Source of the DNA: Verrucomicrobiia bacterium
Lineage (GTDB): Bacteria > Verrucomicrobiota > Verrucomicrobiia > Palsa-1439
Assembly: GCA_041476745.1 (NCBI GenBank)
Contig: JBGOTY010000001.1
Location: 1-47,142 of the forward strand
Length of the DNA: 47,142 nucleotides
Direction: 5' to 3'
Position numbers and translations under genes: made by a program. The notes under the pieces are model-generated. The model worked only from the letters and a program-made list of their open reading frames with translations. It had not been told where the DNA came from and ran no database searches. Shown in pieces: positions 43,901 through 47,142 of this stretch. Positions within the stretch are counted from its first letter, which is position 1, and each line of letters starts with the position of its first letter.

Positions 43901-44659
43901 ATGCTGGCGAAACGCATCATACCTTGTCTCGACGTGGATCGCGGACGCGTGGTGAAGGGGACGAAGTTCCTGAACCTGCGCGACGCGGGCGACCCGGTTG
44001 AGTGTGCGAAGGAATATGATCGCCAACGCGCAGATGAACTGGTGTTCCTCGATATTACGGCGAGTTCCGAGAACCGCGCGACAATGATCGACGTGGTGGA
44101 ACGAACCGCCAGCGAGTGTTTCATGCCGTTGACGGTCGGCGGCGGAATTCGCAACGTCGATGACATTCGCGCGATGCTCAAGGCGGGCGCGGACAAGACG
44201 AGTTTGAACACAGCCGCGGTGCAGAACCCCGACGTGGTGCGGGCCAGCGCGGATCGGTTTGGCTCGCAGTGTATCGTCGTCGCGATCGACGCCAAGCGCG
44301 CCAGCGCGGGACATTGGGAGGTGTACACGCATGGCGGTCGCAAGCCGACCGGCCTCGATGCGGTGGCGTGGGCGCAGCGTGTGGAGGCGCTCGGCGCCGG
44401 TGAAATCCTGTTGACCAGCATAGACGCCGATGGGACAAAGGCGGGGTACGACGTGGCGTTGACCCGCAGGATCAGCGAAGCGGTGCACATTCCCGTCATC
44501 GCCAGCGGCGGCGCGGGCAAGCTCGATCACATGGCTGAGGTGTTGACGGAAGGAAAGGCGGATGCGGTTTTGGCCGCTTCGGTTTTCCATTTCGGTGAGT
44601 ACACAGTCAGTGATGTGAAACAGTTTTTGCAAGAGAAGGGCATTTGTGTGCGATTATGA
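43901..44659 (+). CDS. hisF: imidazole glycerol phosphate synthase, cyclase subunit HisF
   Basis: [32 protein letters not shown]....[57 protein letters not shown]. Start taken at ATG 43901. Confidence 0.95.
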   Translation: MLAKRIIPCLDVDRGRVVKGTKFLNLRDAGDPVECAKEYDRQRADELVFLDITASSENRATMIDVVERTASECFMPLTVGGGIRNVDDIRAMLKAGADKTSLNTAAVQNPDVVRASADRFGSQCIVVAIDAKRASAGHWEVYTHGGRKPTGLDAVAWAQRVEALGAGEILLTSIDADGTKAGYDVALTRRISEAVHIPVIASGGAGKLDHMAEVLTEGKADAVLAASVFHFGEYTVSDVKQFLQEKGICVRL

Positions 44660-45039
44660 AAATCCTCGATGAACTGAAGTACGACGCGAATGGGCTCATT
44701 CCCGCCATCGTGCAGGAGCACGGGACGGGACGGGTCTTGATGGTGGCGTGGATGAACAAGGAATCGCTGGGAAAGACGCTGCAAATCGGCGAGACGGTCT
44801 TCTGGAGCCGCTCGCGCAAGGAATTCTGGCACAAGGGCGCTACGAGCGGTCACACGCAAAAGGTGAAGGACATCGCCTTCGATTGCGACAAGGACGCCCT
44901 GCTGATTCAAGTTGAGCAAAGCGGCGCCGCTTGTCACGAAGGGTATCAATCGTGTTTCTTCCGCAGCATCGTCAATGGTGAAGTCAAGGTGACTGAACCG
45001 CGGCTCGTTGATCCGGAGACGGTCTACGGCAAGAAATGA
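44656..45039 (+). CDS. hisI: phosphoribosyl-AMP cyclohydrolase HisI (monofunctional)
   Basis: [26 protein letters not shown]...GE.VFWSRSR.EFWHKG.TSGH.Q.V..I..DCD.DALL..VEQ.G.ACH.G..SCF. The ATG overlaps the hisF stop (ATGA at 44656..44659). Confidence 0.93.
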   Translation: MKILDELKYDANGLIPAIVQEHGTGRVLMVAWMNKESLGKTLQIGETVFWSRSRKEFWHKGATSGHTQKVKDIAFDCDKDALLIQVEQSGAACHEGYQSCFFRSIVNGEVKVTEPRLVDPETVYGKK

Positions 45040-45075
45040 CACGCGCCCAACGCGTCGTCCGCGACAAGCAAGAGC

Positions 45076-46554
45076 ATGTTTACTCCGTCGAAAGCTGAGT
45101 TCCTGGAATACGCGAAGCGCGGGAATTTGATCCCCGTATATCGCGAAATCATTGCCGACGCGGAGACGCCCGTGTCCGCTTATCAAAAGCTGCTCAAGAC
45201 GGGGCCATCGTTCCTGTTGGAGTCCGTAGAGGGCGGGGAGCGTATCGGACGCTATTCGTTCATCGGCACGAACCCGAGCACGGTCATCCGCGTTGCCCAG
45301 CGCAGTGGCGACGATGCCCTGCGCGCCATCGAATTGGAAATGTCCAAGTACAAACCCGTCACCCTGCCGGGGTTGCCGCGGTTCACCGGCGGGGCGGTCG
45401 GATTCATCGGCTACGAATACATCCACCAGATCGAGCCGAGCGTCCCGCGTCCGCAGCGTGACGATCTCGGGACGCCGACGCTCTGTTTCATGATTACCGA
45501 CACGATCCTGATCTTCGACCGCGTCAGCCAGACCATCAAGATCGTCGCCAACGCCCACGTGGAAGGCGATGCCGCGCATGCCTACACGCGCGCCTGCTCA
45601 CAGATTGATCGGCTGCTGGCGCAACTCGCGCAGCCCCTGGCCTCGCCGCCCTTGGAATTTCGAAAGGATTTGCCCGACGTTCGTGTCGAGTCGAACATGA
45701 CGACCGAGCGTTATGCGGCGATGGTGGCGCAGGCGCAGGAATACATCAAGGCAGGGGACATCATTCAGGTGGTGCTGGCCCAACGGTTCCAAACGCCTGT
45801 GAAATCCTCGGCCCTCGATGTTTATCGCGCGCTGCGTTCCATCAATCCGTCACCGTACATGTTTCTGCTCGATTTCGGAGATTTCCAACTGGTCGGGGCG
45901 TCGCCGGAAGTCCACGTGCGCTGTGAGGACGGCAAGGTTGAGATTCGTCCCATCGCCGGCACGCGCTGGCGCGGGAAAACGCCCGAGGAGGACGAGCGTT
46001 TGGAGAAGGATTTACTGGCGGATGAAAAGGAACGCGCCGAGCACCTGATGCTCGTGGATCTGGCGCGCAACGATATCGGGCGCGTGTGCGATTTTGGCAG
46101 CGTTCGTGTGCCTGAATTCATGGTGATCGAGAAATACTCGCACGTCATGCACATCGTCAGCGGCGTGGAAGGGAAACTGCAGAAGGGCCACTCCTCGTAC
46201 GACCTGATGCGCGCGACCTTCCCGGCGGGGACGGTCAGCGGCGCACCGAAGATTCGCGCGATGCAGATCATCGGCGAGCAGGAGCAAACGCAGCGCGGAC
46301 CGTACGCGGGCGCGGTGGGCTATTTCAGCTTCAACGGCAATGTCGATAGCTGCATCACGTTGCGGACAGCGTTGCTGAAAGACGGGGTCGCCTATGTCCA
46401 GGCCGGCGGCGGCATCGTGGCGGACAGCGATCCGAAGTACGAATTCCAGGAAACCGTCAACAAGTCCAAAGCCATGCTCAAGGCTATCGCGCTGGCCGAG
46501 ACGTTTCGCTGGGGCGCGCCGACGCAAACCGGCGACAAGGAAAGCCGTAATTAA
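45076..46554 (+). CDS. trpE: anthranilate synthase component I TrpE
   Basis: 492 aa. NLIPVYREIIADAETPVSAYQKL, FLLESVEGGERIGRYSFIG, GDIIQVVLAQRF, NPSPYMFLLDFGDFQLVGASPE, IAGTR.RG, EKERAEHLMLVDLARNDIGRV, and the C-terminal chorismate-binding blocks GAVGYF and QAGGGIVADSDP. Confidence 0.94.
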   Translation: MFTPSKAEFLEYAKRGNLIPVYREIIADAETPVSAYQKLLKTGPSFLLESVEGGERIGRYSFIGTNPSTVIRVAQRSGDDALRAIELEMSKYKPVTLPGLPRFTGGAVGFIGYEYIHQIEPSVPRPQRDDLGTPTLCFMITDTILIFDRVSQTIKIVANAHVEGDAAHAYTRACSQIDRLLAQLAQPLASPPLEFRKDLPDVRVESNMTTERYAAMVAQAQEYIKAGDIIQVVLAQRFQTPVKSSALDVYRALRSINPSPYMFLLDFGDFQLVGASPEVHVRCEDGKVEIRPIAGTRWRGKTPEEDERLEKDLLADEKERAEHLMLVDLARNDIGRVCDFGSVRVPEFMVIEKYSHVMHIVSGVEGKLQKGHSSYDLMRATFPAGTVSGAPKIRAMQIIGEQEQTQRGPYAGAVGYFSFNGNVDSCITLRTALLKDGVAYVQAGGGIVADSDPKYEFQETVNKSKAMLKAIALAETFRWGAPTQTGDKESRN

Positions 46555-46571
46555 CTGAAGGAGGTCTTGCC

Positions 46572-46841
46572 ATGAGTGAAGTAGCGCAGAATATCGGTTG
46601 GGCCGTGGTCTTCTCGTTTGTCGGTGGCGTTGTCGGGATCGCGTTGGTACTGGCTTCCTCGCTGGTGCTGCCGCGACTGATCGAGCGCATGACGCCGAAC
46701 ATCGACGAGGAAAAAGAAATTGCGCGCGGGAATCTGGCCGTGGCGCAATACTTCGGACGGATTGCGGCGGCGAGCATCATCGGCATGAGCATCGTGATCG
46801 GGGCGGCCGTGCTGGGTGGCGTCATTGCTGCGTTGCACTGA
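46572..46841 (+). CDS. DUF350 domain-containing small membrane protein
   Basis: 89 aa, two to three TM segments. TPNIDEEKEIARGNLAVAQYFGRIAAASIIGMSIVIG resembles the DUF350 core (fd..eEi..GN.AvA). Confidence 0.7.
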   Translation: MSEVAQNIGWAVVFSFVGGVVGIALVLASSLVLPRLIERMTPNIDEEKEIARGNLAVAQYFGRIAAASIIGMSIVIGAAVLGGVIAALH

Positions 46842-46868
46842 GAATGGTCGGGCTGGAAGCGTCCCGTC

Positions 46869-47142
46869 ATGAAAACTCTCACGGTCATTGCGTTTGCCTT
46901 CTGCCTTGCTGCTGCCCCGGTTTGGGCGCGTGGCGGCGGGGGGTGCTTCGAGGAAGGTACCCCCATTCTCACGCCCCACGGAGAAGTGTCCATCGAACAA
47001 CTGCGCGTCGGTGACGTCGTAGTTGGTGGGCGGGTGGAGGCGATTATCTGCGTCGAGCCCGAGGAGTATCTCGAAATTGGTAACGGCGTGCGCGTCACGG
47101 CCGAGCATCCGTTCCAAATCTCGCCCGGGGTTTTCCGGGTGG
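46869..47142 (+). CDS. secreted Hint (Hedgehog/intein-like) domain protein, truncated by right window edge
   Basis: Absent from the ORF track (open at the edge). Hand translation from ATG 46869 gives MKTLTVIAFAFCLAAAPVWARGGGGCFEEGTPILTPHGEVSIEQLRVGDVVVGGRVEAIICVEPEEYLEIGNGVRVTAEHPFQISPGVFRV. This is a signal peptide, then Hint block A (CF..GT.I.T..G...IE.L..GD.V) and block B (T.EHPF). Confidence 0.75.
   Translation, partial: MKTLTVIAFAFCLAAAPVWARGGGGCFEEGTPILTPHGEVSIEQLRVGDVVVGGRVEAIICVEPEEYLEIGNGVRVTAEHPFQISPGVFRV

Noticed and set aside
45040-45075. Searched for a trp leader peptide, attenuator or T-box upstream of trpE
   Set aside because: Only 36 nt separate the hisI stop from the trpE start. 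There is no room for a leader, and no Trp-codon mini-ORF or terminator/antiterminator hairpins are visible.

Overview
47.1-kb high-GC bacterial chromosomal window. The gene content points to a Verrucomicrobiota-like organism (inference): Gloeo_Verruco (GloVer) repeats, PEP-CTERM tails, autotransporter-associated beta-strand repeats and Ig-like YQW repeats. Layout, left to right: (1) an edge-truncated hypothetical gene. (2) A minus-strand xanthine-dehydrogenase-family operon (FAD-like subunit, 2Fe-2S subunit, a low-GC orphan ORF, Mo subunit), followed by a Cys/Met-rich LTXXQ periplasmic protein and a clean terminator. (3) A GloVer-repeat secreted protein. (4) A tRNA with CAT anticodon. (5) A 1239-aa DUF11/Ig/cadherin-like surface protein. 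(6) A ~19-kb co-directional minus-strand cluster of pectin-active enzymes (three GH28 domains, two CE8, one PL1) and giant multidomain secreted proteins; three of these end in the same ~125-135-aa C-terminal module (...RFYRIRLVP). (7) Two PEP-CTERM proteins flanking a zinc-ribbon membrane protein. (8) A ~4.7-kb low-GC defence islet (DUF433/DUF5615 pair, type IIG restriction-modification fusion, stump of a Mod-type methyltransferase) bracketed by an imperfect ~40-bp direct repeat. (9) Housekeeping genes (parvulin PPIase, two CNNM/DUF21-CBS proteins, PPK2, hisF, hisI, trpE), a DUF350 gene and an edge-truncated signal-peptide-plus-Hint-domain gene. I saw no rRNA, CRISPR array, transposase or integrase. 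The most novel-looking items are the position-locked C-terminal module, a ~340-aa uncharacterised C-terminal domain shared by two otherwise unrelated secreted proteins, the low-GC orphan ORF wedged into the Mo-enzyme operon, and the defence islet with its footprint of an older RM system. All family calls come from motif recognition by eye; no database search or computation was run.
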